Made by a program: the position numbers and the translations under genes. This document shows, one piece after another, positions 22,312-32,651 of a stretch of DNA of 64,000 bases. The notes under the pieces were generated by a model. The model did no database searches. It was not told the DNA's origin and saw only the letters and a program-made list of their open reading frames with translations. The DNA is taken from contig CAIMEH010000013.1 in NCBI GenBank assembly GCA_903839975.1, positions 15,999 to 79,998 of the forward strand, written 5' to 3'. Position 1 is the stretch's first letter. Every line of letters begins with the position of its first letter. Source of the stretch: an uncultured Candidatus Berkelbacteria bacterium. GTDB lineage: Bacteria > Patescibacteriota > UBA1384 > 2-12-FULL-50-11.

Positions 22312-23589
22312 ATGTCATTAAATATAAAAAAATCCAAGCTCGACAACGGCCTGACGATCGTCAAAGTAAATCTGCCCAATTTCCACTCCATTTTAAACTT
22401 TTTGGTGGTGCGCAGCGGTTCGCGTTACGAAACGCCGGAAATAAATGGTATCGCTCATTTTTTGGAGCACATGGTTTTCAAAGGTACGAAATCTTACGCC
22501 AACACTAAAGAAATTTCCGAAGCTGTTGAGGGTGTCGGTGGTTACTTTAACGCTTGGACGGCCAACGACCACACCGCCTACTGGAATATTGTGCCGCAAG
22601 ATCAGTGGCAGCTCGGCATAAAAATGCCAAGTGAACTAGCTTTTTATCCAACATTGCCGGCACCAGATTTAGAGCGCGAACGTGGCGTTATTATTGAAGA
22701 GATTCGACGCATGAACGACGATCCATCGAGTTTAGTTCAAGATCTGATCGGTGAAATTCTGTATCCAGAAAGCACGCTTGGCTATTCAATTATCGGTACC
22801 GAAAAAAATATTCAGGAGATGTCGATCGAAGATTTTCGTGCTTATCACAAGAAGCACTATCAGCCGAACCAAGCCTATTTTATATGTGTAGGTAATTTAG
22901 AGGACAAAGACATCGATGCTGAAATTGCTAAGAATCTTGGCGAACTAAAGATGGGCGAACGCTCAGAATTTAAGCCGGTTACTACTCCAAGCAAGAAAGG
23001 CCTGGTCGTGAAAGACAAAGACACCGACCAAACGCACTTTGTGTTGGCTGTGGCTGACCCATGTTTAAAGTACAAAAGCGAAGATCTTTACGCTGCCGCT
23101 GTCCTCAATACTGTTCTCGGTGACGGCATGAGCTCCCGATTATTCCTAAATATTCGCGAGAAAAAAGGCTTGGCTTACTCGATTCACTCCGAGATGCAGT
23201 CTTTCGAAGACACTGGCTTAATTCAAATTACCGGTGGCGTGAATACCGGCAAGATTAACCTAACGCTAGAAGCCCTAGAAGAAGAATTAACTAAACTTCG
23301 TAGCGAGCTAGTTAGCGAAGTTGAACTTAAAAAAGCCAAAGCCAAGATTACTGGCAGCTACGATTTAAGCTCCGATCGCCAGCTTGATATCGCTCGTTGG
23401 TACGGTGTGGCCAGAATGCTTGGCGACGACACCACTATCGAATCGTCCAAGGAAAAGATTGAAAAAGTTACCGCTGAACAGGTAAAAGCGATCGCTGAAA
23501 AACTCTTAATCAAAGATCGTCAGTGTCTATCGGTAATCGGACCGTTCAAAGACGATAAAAAATTCAAAGAGTTCTTACAGTTAGATTAA
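22312..23589 (+). CDS. M16 (pitrilysin) family peptidase
   Basis: GIAHFLEHMVFKGT (HxxEH), SSRLF..IREKKGLAYS. Confidence 0.95.
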   Translation: MSLNIKKSKLDNGLTIVKVNLPNFHSILNFLVVRSGSRYETPEINGIAHFLEHMVFKGTKSYANTKEISEAVEGVGGYFNAWTANDHTAYWNIVPQDQWQLGIKMPSELAFYPTLPAPDLERERGVIIEEIRRMNDDPSSLVQDLIGEILYPESTLGYSIIGTEKNIQEMSIEDFRAYHKKHYQPNQAYFICVGNLEDKDIDAEIAKNLGELKMGERSEFKPVTTPSKKGLVVKDKDTDQTHFVLAVADPCLKYKSEDLYAAAVLNTVLGDGMSSRLFLNIREKKGLAYSIHSEMQSFEDTGLIQITGGVNTGKINLTLEALEEELTKLRSELVSEVELKKAKAKITGSYDLSSDRQLDIARWYGVARMLGDDTTIESSKEKIEKVTAEQVKAIAEKLLIKDRQCLSVIGPFKDDKKFKEFLQLD

Positions 23590-23610
23590 ATATTAGCTAC
23601 AATTAAAGTC

Positions 23611-24138
23611 ATGAACACAGAACATATTCAAAGAAGTTTGATACTAATAAAACCTGACGCCGTCGACCGCAGCTTAATCGGCGAAGTAATTAGCCGTTTC
23701 GAAAGAGCTGGATTAAAAATTGTTGGACTGAAACTTTTACAAGCGACTCCCGAGTTGGCCAGAACCCACTACGGCGATTTCGTTGAGCGTTACACACCAA
23801 AACTCGGTGCCGAAAAAGCCAATCAGATTATGGACGAGATGGCCGGCTTTTTATCTTCTGGCCCTATCGTTGCTATGGTTTTGGAGGGTGTTGAAGCGGT
23901 TGCAAATGTTCGTCGCTTGGTTGGCACGACCTATCCCAACGAATCACCGGCCGGAACTATTCGTGGCGACTACGCCCATGTAACTCAGGCTTATGCCAAC
24001 GTTAGCAATATCACTGTTAAGAACTTAGTTCATGCATCCGGAAATCCTGAAGAAGCAGTGGTAGAAGTTGGCATTTGGTTTAAACAGGATGAACTAGTTG
24101 AATATTCACCGCTTCACGAGAAGCACACCCGAAAGTAG
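23611..24138 (+). CDS. ndk: Nucleoside-diphosphate kinase
   Basis: LIKPDAV, GTIRGDY, NLVHAS. Confidence 0.95.
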   Translation: MNTEHIQRSLILIKPDAVDRSLIGEVISRFERAGLKIVGLKLLQATPELARTHYGDFVERYTPKLGAEKANQIMDEMAGFLSSGPIVAMVLEGVEAVANVRRLVGTTYPNESPAGTIRGDYAHVTQAYANVSNITVKNLVHASGNPEEAVVEVGIWFKQDELVEYSPLHEKHTRK

Positions 24139-24147
24139 AGGCAGATA

Positions 24148-25203
24148 GTGAAACTCTACTACTTGAGTTTCTTTGCTGCCGCCGTCATCTCCGCCGTTCT
24201 AACGCCGTTACTGGTTAAATTTGCCCAAAAGCGTCATATTTTCATGACCGAAGTTCGCGAGCGCGATCTTCACAAAAAGCCAACTCCAAGAGTTGGTGGT
24301 ATCGCCGTGGTGGTTTCATTTTTGGTGGTTACGGCCGCATTTATTATCTTCTCTCCAACTAGTTTGGTCTTTACTGGTGCGAAAGTTTGGGGCATCGACA
24401 AAAATTTGTTTGGCGTATTACTGTCAGTAATTTTGCTGAGCGCCTTTAACGTTGCTGATGACTTCAAGAGTTTGCCTTGGCAGATACGACTATTTATTCA
24501 AACCGTTGTGGCATTAATGATTGTGGCCTTTGGAGTGAACGTGCCGTGGCTCTCTAGTCCGTTCGGAGGCAAGATAATTTTAGGTGCCTTCAGTAGTATC
24601 TTCTCGATTCTGTGGCTGGTTGGCTTAACCAACGTTATTAACTGGCTCGATGGTGTCGATGGTTTGGCTGGTGGCGTTAGCGCTATTGCCATGGTTTTTA
24701 TTATTTTCTTATCGGTCAGTAGCAAGGTTAATAACCACGCCAATGCTTTATTGGCCACGGCCGCCCTTGGGGCAATCGCCGGATTCCTACCTTTTAATAT
24801 TGTTCGTGCCAAAGCTTTCTTAGGCGATACCGGCTCGCAGTTTGTTGGTTTTATGGTTGGGGTTTTGGCGATAATTTCTGGCGGCAAAATCGCCACCGCT
24901 TTTTTGGTACTGGCGATCCCCTTCCTTGATGCCATTGTTGTTTTGGGCTCTAGAATAATTCATCATCAGTCGCCGTTTCAGGCCGACAAACGTCATCTTC
25001 ACCACCGCTTGCTCGACATCGGTTTTAAACCTTGGCAGATCGTTGGTCTGTACTATTTTATTACCGCCTTGTTTGGCCTTATCGCCGTTAACACCGAGTC
25101 GCTCGGCAAACTTCAGGCCAGTATGTTCGCCCTGGCTTTAATGATGGTGCTGGTTCTGCTTTACTCGTATGGAGGCAAAAGAAATGTCGCAAAAAATATC
25201 TGA
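24148..25203 (+). CDS. MraY/WecA-family glycosyl-1-phosphate transferase
   Basis: PTPRVGG, NWLDGVDGLA, FLGDTGS, DKRHLHH. Confidence 0.92.
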   Translation: MKLYYLSFFAAAVISAVLTPLLVKFAQKRHIFMTEVRERDLHKKPTPRVGGIAVVVSFLVVTAAFIIFSPTSLVFTGAKVWGIDKNLFGVLLSVILLSAFNVADDFKSLPWQIRLFIQTVVALMIVAFGVNVPWLSSPFGGKIILGAFSSIFSILWLVGLTNVINWLDGVDGLAGGVSAIAMVFIIFLSVSSKVNNHANALLATAALGAIAGFLPFNIVRAKAFLGDTGSQFVGFMVGVLAIISGGKIATAFLVLAIPFLDAIVVLGSRIIHHQSPFQADKRHLHHRLLDIGFKPWQIVGLYYFITALFGLIAVNTESLGKLQASMFALALMMVLVLLYSYGGKRNVAKNI

Positions 25204-25699
25204 AGACGAATATAATTTTCGCGGTCGTAGAGCGGACGAGCAAGTTTTGCTAGTTGCTAAGAACCATTCTTGGCTACTAATGCCGATTTTTTATGCCTGG
25301 GTACTAATAATTGCGGTTTGTGGTGTAGCTTTGTGGAAATTTGGTGCATCAAGAGTTGTTTCATATACAGTCGTTATATCGGTAGCTATAGGAATCTTAT
25401 ACACACTTTACCAGTGGTTTATCTGGGACTGCGGTACATATATCATCACTAATCAAAGAGTTATTAGGATTGAACAAATTGGACTGTTTAATCGCCAAAT
25501 TTCCGAAGCTGAGATTGACCGAATCCAGGAAATTTCCACAGAAATAAAGGGACCAATTCACACACTATTCAATTTTGGTACTGTTCATATTCAAACTGCC
25601 TCAAGTGATGCAAAAGTGGATTTTGAAGATATAGCAATTCCCTATGACATACAGCAAGAGATAGCTAGGATTCGTAAAACCTTCAACGCTAGTGTTTAG
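25184..25699 (+). CDS. Membrane-anchored bacterial PH-domain protein
   Basis: Two TM helices, then YIITNQRVI and FNFGTVHIQTA. Confidence 0.75.
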   Translation: MSQKISEDEYNFRGRRADEQVLLVAKNHSWLLMPIFYAWVLIIAVCGVALWKFGASRVVSYTVVISVAIGILYTLYQWFIWDCGTYIITNQRVIRIEQIGLFNRQISEAEIDRIQEISTEIKGPIHTLFNFGTVHIQTASSDAKVDFEDIAIPYDIQQEIARIRKTFNASV

Positions 25700-25705
25700 T
25701 AGAGC

Positions 25706-26827
25706 TTAAGGCTTTTCGGCTTCAATAAACAATATACCGTGGTATTTTGACTCTGATGGTTTTTCGGAGTTCTTCTTGGAGATAGAAAGTATTCTGAACC
25801 CAGCTTCTGATAAATATTTTTGGGCAAAATCTTCGTCTAGATATATCGCAGGAAAGTAACTATCGCCACTTTTGTAAACAATGGCTCCCTCAAGGGCTGT
25901 CATAAGTAGAATTCCCTTGGGCTTAAGATAGGAATGTATATTATCAAGCATATTCTTGTATTCGGTAATGTCGTCAGTCGCGCTTTCGGGACAAAAGTTA
26001 GACTGTACTATATCGAAGCTATCTACTAGCTTGTCGTTGAGGTTGTTAAGGTTTAGGGGTTCGATGCTTGTAATCTTCTTTCTTAGGAGCTTGCTTCGTT
26101 CTTCAACTTCGCTTCCTCCCTTGGGCTTATCCTCTAAAGACAAGACATATCTAGTAAAGTCGTCCCATTGAAAGGCTTGGCTATTATTTTTTTGCCAATC
26201 TCTTATCTTATCTAAGTTATTTTCTGAGTAATCAGTAAAGGTTATTGATTTAACCTTATTGGCCGCCGATAGAAGTTGGTAAACCGTTGGACCGCCACCA
26301 ACTTCAAGGAGCTTGTAGCTGTCGCTTTTCATCTTGGAGTATATCTTGTTGTACCAATTTAGAATGTCTTTATTCTCTCTGCTCAATACTCGGTAATATT
26401 CTTTAAGGTATTTTTCGGGAGAGAAAGTGTCAAACGTCCTGTTTATATTCATCTGATCGTATCTAACCACAGAGCTGTAGATATTATTGTCTAGCAAGCT
26501 AAAATATTCTTTAACAAAATTTATTACCTTCTGTGAGTCGAAGTATTTACAAGAGAAAACGTCCAGGCAGAACTCACCATTCTTGGTAAAAGTATGTATT
26601 GAAATGTGAGAGAAATCGATAATCGCAAATGCAGTTACTCCGGGATTTTCAGGTATACCATCAACAACAATTGGCCCTGCTAATATTTTCATGTCAACTA
26701 AACTAGCTAGCTTTAATATCAGTGAGCTAATGGCTTTTTTGTCGGACAGCTTTTTTTCTTCGCACCCAAAGGCGTCCAAAACAATATGAAATCTTCTCGA
26801 CGTATAGCTGTCCACTCTAGCTTTCAT
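25706..26827 (-). CDS. SpeD-like (AdoMet decarboxylase-type) domain fused to an NNMT/PNMT/TEMT-family methyltransferase
   Basis: N-terminus HIVLDAFGC...GVTAFAIIDFSHISIHTF...LDVFSC; C-terminus FSPEKYLKEYY, EVGGGPTVYQLLSA, TDYSENN, FCPESA. Confidence 0.75.
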   Translation of the reverse strand: MKARVDSYTSRRFHIVLDAFGCEEKKLSDKKAISSLILKLASLVDMKILAGPIVVDGIPENPGVTAFAIIDFSHISIHTFTKNGEFCLDVFSCKYFDSQKVINFVKEYFSLLDNNIYSSVVRYDQMNINRTFDTFSPEKYLKEYYRVLSRENKDILNWYNKIYSKMKSDSYKLLEVGGGPTVYQLLSAANKVKSITFTDYSENNLDKIRDWQKNNSQAFQWDDFTRYVLSLEDKPKGGSEVEERSKLLRKKITSIEPLNLNNLNDKLVDSFDIVQSNFCPESATDDITEYKNMLDNIHSYLKPKGILLMTALEGAIVYKSGDSYFPAIYLDEDFAQKYLSEAGFRILSISKKNSEKPSESKYHGILFIEAEKP

Positions 26828-26868
26828 ATTCTGACCGTAGCACTGATGGTTAAGGCTGTAAAGCCTTG

Positions 26869-29800
26869 CTAGCTAGATAGTAACGCCGCGACAGTTTCTT
26901 CTAATTCTGGCGAAGATTTTACTTTCATCTTAGTGTTTATCAATTTCGTGCTACCGTCTTGCATAACCCTTAGTTCCACCGGAACTGATCCGGGATGCTT
27001 AGAGAATAAAAGCTTTAGCTCTTCCATTTTTTCGCGGTTGGCATTACGAGGCACTTCAACCAAAAAACTCTTGCTCTTGGCTGGCTCAGGGCTCTTGCCG
27101 TTGCCGCTGCCACCGTTGCTCCCCCACTTTCCACTAGATGGCCTGGCCATAGGCCGAGTGGAATCGATATCGGGCAAGTTGGCCTTGGTCACATGATCTA
27201 GCTCCCAAACCTTATCAACTAGAATTTTTGGTACGTCGTCTTTGTCGCTGACTTTGCCCTCAACTAACAGTAGTTTGTCGCTTTGCCACAAAGCTTGCTG
27301 ATCTTTGAAGATGGTTGGGAAAACTATCGCTTCAATCATGCCGGTGGCGTCTTCCAGTTGAACGAAAGCCATCATCTGGTTGGACTTGGTGGTAATTTTC
27401 TTGACCTCAACGGTTACTCCGCCAACGCGAACGGTGGTGTTGGCTTTGTCGATTGTTACTTCGTTAATTGGCTGAGCCACTTCGCCCAGCAGTTTGGCGT
27501 ATTCCTTAATTGGATGGTCAGAAAGATACAATCCTAGAAGTTCTTTCTCCCAGGTCAAAAACATTTTTTTATCTTCTGGGCCGTGTGGCAGCGCCAACTT
27601 GGCGATAGCATCTTGAGCTTCGGCTTCACCAAAAATGTTTAGCTGGTCGGCGTTGCTATTTTTGCCGTTATTAGCGTACTTGGCGATTAGCTCTAGCCCG
27701 GCGTAAAGATTGCCACGGGTGTCAAATCGATCCAACGCGCCAGTTTTAACCAAACTCTCCAAACTCTTTTTATTAACGACGCTTCCACAACGTTGCAAAA
27801 AGTTTTCCAAGTTTATAAACGGCCCGTTTTTCTTTCGTTCGGCCACAATTCCTTTGGCCACATTCTGGCCAACATTTTTGATAGCGGACAAGCCAAAGCG
27901 AATGCTTCTATTGTCTTTTACCACCGAGAAAGCGGCAAACGATTCGTTAACGTCTGGGTTCAAAACTTTCATGCCCATACGTTCGCACTCGGTAATCTCA
28001 ATTGTTAAACGCTCAAGATTATCAAGATCGCTTGTCATTAAGGCAGCCATATAGCAATCGGGGAAGTGAGCTTTTAAGTAGGCGGTCTGAAAGGCGATCA
28101 TGGCGTAGCAAACGGCGTGGCTTTTGTTGAAGCAGTAAGCGGCAAATTCCTCGAGTTGTTTCCAGATTTCCGAGGCTTTTGTTTCGGGCACGCCATTTTT
28201 CTTGGCGCCTTCGATAAACTTCTCTTTCATCTCGGCCATCAGTTTTGGAATCTTTTTACCGATAGCTTTTCGCAAAGTATCGGCCTCGCCGCCGGTGAAA
28301 CCGCACATATCCTTACTCATCTGCATCACCTGTTCCTGATATACCGGAATACCGTAAGTTGCTTTAAGCGAATTCTCGGCCAGTGGGTGCGAGTACTCAA
28401 TCTCTTCTTTGCCGTTTTTGCGATCTATAAAGCTCTGGATCCACTGCATCGGACCTGGACGATAAAGCGCCACCATAGCGACGATATCTTCCAGCTGGCT
28501 TGGTTTAAGCTCCTTGATGTAGCGTTTCATACCGGCCGATTCTAACTGGAATACACCTGTTGTTTCACCACGACCCAAGAGTTCGTAAGTTTTTTTATCC
28601 TCGAGCGGCAGGTTGTAAATATCTATTTGTTTGCCGTAAACTGCCTCGATGATCTCGGTGGCGTTGCGCATAGTTGTTAAGTTGGACAGGCCCAAAAAGT
28701 CCATTTTTAACAGGCCAATTTTCTCGATTGGGCCCATTGAGTACTGAGTAACTTGGTGAACGTCGCCGCCCTGTGATGCTTGAACCGGCACGTACTCTTC
28801 CAAAGGTTCCTTGGAGATAACGATGGCGCAGGCGTGTTGGGAAGCGTGGCGAATCGTGCCTTCAAGTTTGCCGGCGGCATCTAAAAGCTGATGAGCTTCA
28901 GGATCTTTGTCGTAAACTTCTTTCAGTTCCGGCGACTCTGTAACAGATTTAGAAAGCGGTACATGGCGGCCCTGAACTGGTGGTGGCACTACTTTGGCGA
29001 TGGCATCAACTTGGGCGTAAGGCATGCCTAAAACTCGACCAACGTCACGGACGGCGGCTCGGGCTTGAATCGTTCCGAAAGTAATAATGCCGGCCACGTG
29101 GTCGTCGCCGTACTTCTGACGAACGTAGTCGATAACTTCACCTCGCCTGGTGTCTTCAAAGTCCAAGTCGAAGTCTGGCATCGAGATACGATCCGGGTTT
29201 AAGAAACGTTCGAAAAGTAGGCCGTATTTAATTGGGTCCACGTTGGTAATGCCGGTAACGTAAGCCATTAGCGAGCCGGCACCAGAGCCACGACCCGGAC
29301 CAACGACTATGCCTTTGCTTTTGGCGTGGCGAATAAAGTCAGCCACAATCAAAAAGTAACCTGGGAAACCCATACGCAGAACAACGCTGAGCTCGTACTC
29401 TAAGCGCTGTTTTAGCTCGGGGGTGATAGTTGAATAACGCTCTTTTAGGCCATCTTCGCACCACTTTCTAAGCATCGATTCTTCGGTCTCTTCCGCCGGC
29501 AAGGGGAAGTTTGGCAAAAGATCACCGCCGAGCGGAATCTCTAAATCAACCATATCGGCAATCTTGACGGTGTTCTCGATTGCTTCCGGCACATCGGGAA
29601 CGGCTGCGGCCATCTCCTCCGCCGTTTTCAAGGAGAAGTCGCCGGTGTAAAGCATACGGTTAGTGTCGCTCACTAAGCGGCCGGTTTGGATACAAACAAG
29701 CTGATCGTGGGTCACGTGATCGTCGGAGTTAACGTAGTGAGTATCGTTGGTTAAAATCAGCGGCAAGCCGGTTTTTTTGGCTAGTTCCTTGATGTGTTGG

Positions 29801-30369
29801 TTAACCACGTGCTGCTCGGGAATCGATGGGTGATGTTGTAATTCAAGATAGTAATTATCTTTGCCAAAAATTTCGCGGTATTCGGTAACGGTTTTTTCCA
29901 AGCCTTCAAAGTCTTTATTTAGAATTAATCTCGAAGTCTCGCTGGCCAAGCAGGCGGAAGCGCCGATTAGTCCTTCGCTGTGGCGACTCAGCAGATCGCG
30001 ATCGATACGCGGTTTGTAGTAATATCCTTCCATGTGGGCGACGGAGGTGAGCTTGATTAAATTTTTATAACCGGCGAAATTTTTAGCCAGTAAAACCATA
30101 TGATAAGGCTTGGTATCGATACCGGCCGATTTGTCGGTTAGGGCGCGTGGCGCCACGTAAGCTTCCACGCCGATTATAGGTTTAATGCCGGCTTTTTGGC
30201 AGGCTAAATAAAATTCAATGGCGCCGTGCATAACGCCGTGGTCAGTTAGGGCCAACCCTGGCATACCCAGCTCGACGGCCTTGTCGACAAGTTGGTCCAC
30301 CCTGCCCAAGCCGTCCAGGAGTGAGTAATGAGAGTGAACGTGTAAGTGAACGAAATTAGGCTTGGCCAT
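26869..30369 (-). CDS. dnaE: DNA polymerase III alpha subunit
   Basis: PHP HLHVHSHYSLLDG, GPGRGSGAGS, SMPDFDLDF, FNKSHA. Confidence 0.98.
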   Translation of the reverse strand: MAKPNFVHLHVHSHYSLLDGLGRVDQLVDKAVELGMPGLALTDHGVMHGAIEFYLACQKAGIKPIIGVEAYVAPRALTDKSAGIDTKPYHMVLLAKNFAGYKNLIKLTSVAHMEGYYYKPRIDRDLLSRHSEGLIGASACLASETSRLILNKDFEGLEKTVTEYREIFGKDNYYLELQHHPSIPEQHVVNQHIKELAKKTGLPLILTNDTHYVNSDDHVTHDQLVCIQTGRLVSDTNRMLYTGDFSLKTAEEMAAAVPDVPEAIENTVKIADMVDLEIPLGGDLLPNFPLPAEETEESMLRKWCEDGLKERYSTITPELKQRLEYELSVVLRMGFPGYFLIVADFIRHAKSKGIVVGPGRGSGAGSLMAYVTGITNVDPIKYGLLFERFLNPDRISMPDFDLDFEDTRRGEVIDYVRQKYGDDHVAGIITFGTIQARAAVRDVGRVLGMPYAQVDAIAKVVPPPVQGRHVPLSKSVTESPELKEVYDKDPEAHQLLDAAGKLEGTIRHASQHACAIVISKEPLEEYVPVQASQGGDVHQVTQYSMGPIEKIGLLKMDFLGLSNLTTMRNATEIIEAVYGKQIDIYNLPLEDKKTYELLGRGETTGVFQLESAGMKRYIKELKPSQLEDIVAMVALYRPGPMQWIQSFIDRKNGKEEIEYSHPLAENSLKATYGIPVYQEQVMQMSKDMCGFTGGEADTLRKAIGKKIPKLMAEMKEKFIEGAKKNGVPETKASEIWKQLEEFAAYCFNKSHAVCYAMIAFQTAYLKAHFPDCYMAALMTSDLDNLERLTIEITECERMGMKVLNPDVNESFAAFSVVKDNRSIRFGLSAIKNVGQNVAKGIVAERKKNGPFINLENFLQRCGSVVNKKSLESLVKTGALDRFDTRGNLYAGLELIAKYANNGKNSNADQLNIFGEAEAQDAIAKLALPHGPEDKKMFLTWEKELLGLYLSDHPIKEYAKLLGEVAQPINEVTIDKANTTVRVGGVTVEVKKITTKSNQMMAFVQLEDATGMIEAIVFPTIFKDQQALWQSDKLLLVEGKVSDKDDVPKILVDKVWELDHVTKANLPDIDSTRPMARPSSGKWGSNGGSGNGKSPEPAKSKSFLVEVPRNANREKMEELKLLFSKHPGSVPVELRVMQDGSTKLINTKMKVKSSPELEETVAALLSS

Positions 30370-30488
30370 ATCTAATTCTTTGTAGCAAACTTAACCCTAA
30401 ATAGCCAAGCACAAAATTACCAACCAAGGATTGAAAAACTGCCCAAGAAAAAGTATAATTTCCGTATCTTTCTACGAGGTGAAGAAAC

Positions 30489-30773
30489 ATGACTTTTCCA
30501 GAAGAATTCTGGCAGAGGTTCGAAGGAGTGGCGAAAGAAGCCATTCTGACCGATGATGAAGTGGCATTGCCTGAAACGGTCTTGGGAAGCCTTTATTTGG
30601 CGTGGGGAGCAGAAGTTGATGTATTGGACTTTTGTCTGCAGCTAGAGGATGAGTTTGGGGTCGAGATTACAGATGCAGAGATTAGTGATTTCGTGGATCG
30701 ACATGAGACGATAACACTGGGCGACATTGCTCAGATGGTCTATGAGAAGGTCTTGGCTCTTCCGGCTAAATAA
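30489..30773 (+). CDS. Acyl-carrier-protein-like protein lacking the canonical DSL serine
   Basis: Acidic 94-aa protein with LEDEFGVEITDAE..ITLGDI; reads GAEVDVLD where an ACP has GADSLD. Confidence 0.6.
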   Translation: MTFPEEFWQRFEGVAKEAILTDDEVALPETVLGSLYLAWGAEVDVLDFCLQLEDEFGVEITDAEISDFVDRHETITLGDIAQMVYEKVLALPAK

Positions 30774-30788
30774 TTGGTTCGGCAATCC

Positions 30789-30823
30789 TGCCTGACGGCA
30801 TACAACCGTCAGGCATTCTTTTT
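30789..30823 (+). terminator. Intrinsic terminator
   Basis: TGCCTGACGG-catacaa-CCGTCAGGCA followed by TTCTTTTT. Confidence 0.7.
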
Positions 30824-30875
30824 ATCCCAACTCTGTTGACCATTTTCCCCAGATTGGGTACAATTGAGTTCATAA

Positions 30876-31148
30876 ATGGCAAGTACAAAAGCAAAAGGAT
30901 CTAGTAAGAACGGCCGAGACTCGCAAAGCAAACGCTTGGGCGTCAAGGTTTATGGCGGCCAAACTGTTCGTGTCGGCGGCATGATTGTCCGTCAGCGCGG
31001 CAGCAAGTTCTACACCGGTACCAACGTAATGAAGGCCGGTGACGACTCAATTTTTGCCACGAAAGATGGCGTTGTTGAATTTGGCACCAAAAAAGTCAAA
31101 AATTTTGCCGGTAAATCTGTGACCAAAACTTTTGTCAGCGTTAAGTAA
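30876..31148 (+). CDS. rpmA: 50S ribosomal protein L27
   Basis: [22 protein letters not shown]. Confidence 0.97.
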   Translation: MASTKAKGSSKNGRDSQSKRLGVKVYGGQTVRVGGMIVRQRGSKFYTGTNVMKAGDDSIFATKDGVVEFGTKKVKNFAGKSVTKTFVSVK

Positions 31149-31160
31149 CAACAATACAAA

Positions 31161-31733
31161 ATGGACTCACATCAAATCATCCGCGACCTTAATAGCAGCA
31201 GTCTTAAAAAGACGGTTGCCGATATTCGCGTAGGTGAAACCGTTAAGGTCCACTACAAGATTCGTGAAGGCGCCAAAGAACGTATCCAGATTTTCGAAGG
31301 CCTAGTTGTTGCTACCAAAAATGGCAAGGCTTTACAGGGCAGTTTTACCGTTCGCAAAGTTGTTAGCGGAATCGGCGTCGAAAGAATTTTCCCATTGCAC
31401 TCCCCATGGATTGTTAAAATTGAGACCACTAAATCCGGTAAAGTTCGCCGTGCCAAATTAAATTTTGTTCGCAAGTACGCCACCTCTTCTAAGTTCAAAC
31501 TTAAAGACAAAGGCAAGGCTGGTTCTATTTGGGAAACTGTGGCCGAAGAACAAGAAAAAGTAGCTGAAGCTGCCGAAGAACAAGAAAGCGCTGAAGTTGC
31601 ACCGGAAGTAATCGAAGAAACTCCAGAAGTTGCAGAAGTAACCGAAACCGCCGAGAATACAGACAATGACAAAGGCGAGCAAGGAGCTGGGGAACAGGTC
31701 GGAGAATCTAGCAGCGAAGCTGTTACAGAATAA
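31161..31733 (+). CDS. rplS: 50S ribosomal protein L19 with acidic C-terminal extension
   Basis: [36 protein letters not shown]. Confidence 0.96.
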   Translation: MDSHQIIRDLNSSSLKKTVADIRVGETVKVHYKIREGAKERIQIFEGLVVATKNGKALQGSFTVRKVVSGIGVERIFPLHSPWIVKIETTKSGKVRRAKLNFVRKYATSSKFKLKDKGKAGSIWETVAEEQEKVAEAAEEQESAEVAPEVIEETPEVAEVTETAENTDNDKGEQGAGEQVGESSSEAVTE

Positions 31734-32028
31734 GGGTTACAAGATTGTCGCGCAGAACCTGCGCACTAAGTACGGAGAGATCGATATCCTTGCCGAAGAT
31801 GGCAAGGCTTTAGTTGTTGTCGAGGTTAAGGCCAAAACTTCCGAAAGATTTGGCTCGGCTCTGGAGATGGTCACGCCAACCAAGCAGCGCAAACTGATTC
31901 TGCTAACTGCTGAACTTCAGGCCAAACATAAAGTTGAGAATGTCCGTATTGATGTTGTTGCCGTCGACAATGCTTCTTCTGAGCCAGTCCTAAAACACTA
32001 CAAAGGCATCGTCGAATTCCACGGCTAA
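31666..32028 (+). CDS. yraN: YraN (UPF0102) family protein
   Basis: GEIDILA, VEVKAK, RIDVVAV. Confidence 0.9.
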   Translation: MTKASKELGNRSENLAAKLLQNKGYKIVAQNLRTKYGEIDILAEDGKALVVVEVKAKTSERFGSALEMVTPTKQRKLILLTAELQAKHKVENVRIDVVAVDNASSEPVLKHYKGIVEFHG

Positions 32029-32082
32029 AAAGTCACTATATGTAGCTATTTTATATTAACGTTATTATTAATATTCTCAGAC

Positions 32083-32110
32083 ACAAATATGACCGATAGG
32101 TCATATTGCT
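32083..32110. repeat. Palindrome copy 1 (AATATGACC-N4-GGTCATATT)
   Basis: ACAAATATGAC CGATAG GTCATATTGCT, abutting the stop codon of the HTH gene. Confidence 0.85.
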
Positions 32111-32435
32111 ACTTGAGGGTAATATTCAGTTTTCTATCTAAAATATCTGCATATCTTTCCAGAAAATCTAACGATGGATTAAATTTTCCAGCCTCAAATT
32201 TAGAGACAACCGACTGATAGGTTTTTAATTTGTCGGCTAGCTGTTTTTGGGTCATTCTTTTTTGCAGCCTGGCGTTACGGAAACCGCCGATCACTAACTG
32301 TCGTTTCTCTGGTACTGCCATAGGCTCGGGTTTTGGCTTGATGTAGTGAGGATTGCGGACTTTTTTGTGGCGATATACCTTCTTTGGTCCACCGGTTGTA
32401 ATAATTATAAACTCATCAACGGTGTTTAATTCCAT
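32109..32435 (-). CDS. XRE/Cro-family HTH transcriptional regulator
   Basis: RLQKRMTQKQLADKLKTYQSVVSKFEAGKFNPSLDFL. Confidence 0.88.
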   Translation of the reverse strand: MELNTVDEFIIITTGGPKKVYRHKKVRNPHYIKPKPEPMAVPEKRQLVIGGFRNARLQKRMTQKQLADKLKTYQSVVSKFEAGKFNPSLDFLERYADILDRKLNITLK

Positions 32436-32438
32436 ACA

Positions 32439-32466
32439 CTAAATATGACCCGTAGGTCATATTTAT
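32439..32466. repeat. Palindrome copy 2
   Basis: CTAAATATGAC CCGTAG GTCATATTTAT, a few nt upstream of the HTH start codon. Confidence 0.85.
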
Positions 32467-32549
32467 GCAAATGTGCTAGGATGGGTGCGCAAAGGCTTAA
32501 TAAATAAACTAACATAAGAGCATTTAAACTTTACAGACGGCTTTATGGC

Positions 32550-32578
32550 TTGACTTTCAGGTTAAAAGATGCTAATCT
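32550..32578 (+). promoter_or_regulatory. Sigma70-type promoter of the DGR target gene (TTGACT-17-TAATCT, extended TG)
   Basis: Near-consensus spacing; AAGGAGG SD at about 32636-32642 precedes GTG 32652. Confidence 0.65.
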
Positions 32579-32651
32579 TTAGCCACTCTAATTGAGTATT
32601 TTGTTCATTTACACGACCGCGGTGCAAAGCATCGCAAGGAGGAAGTAACCC

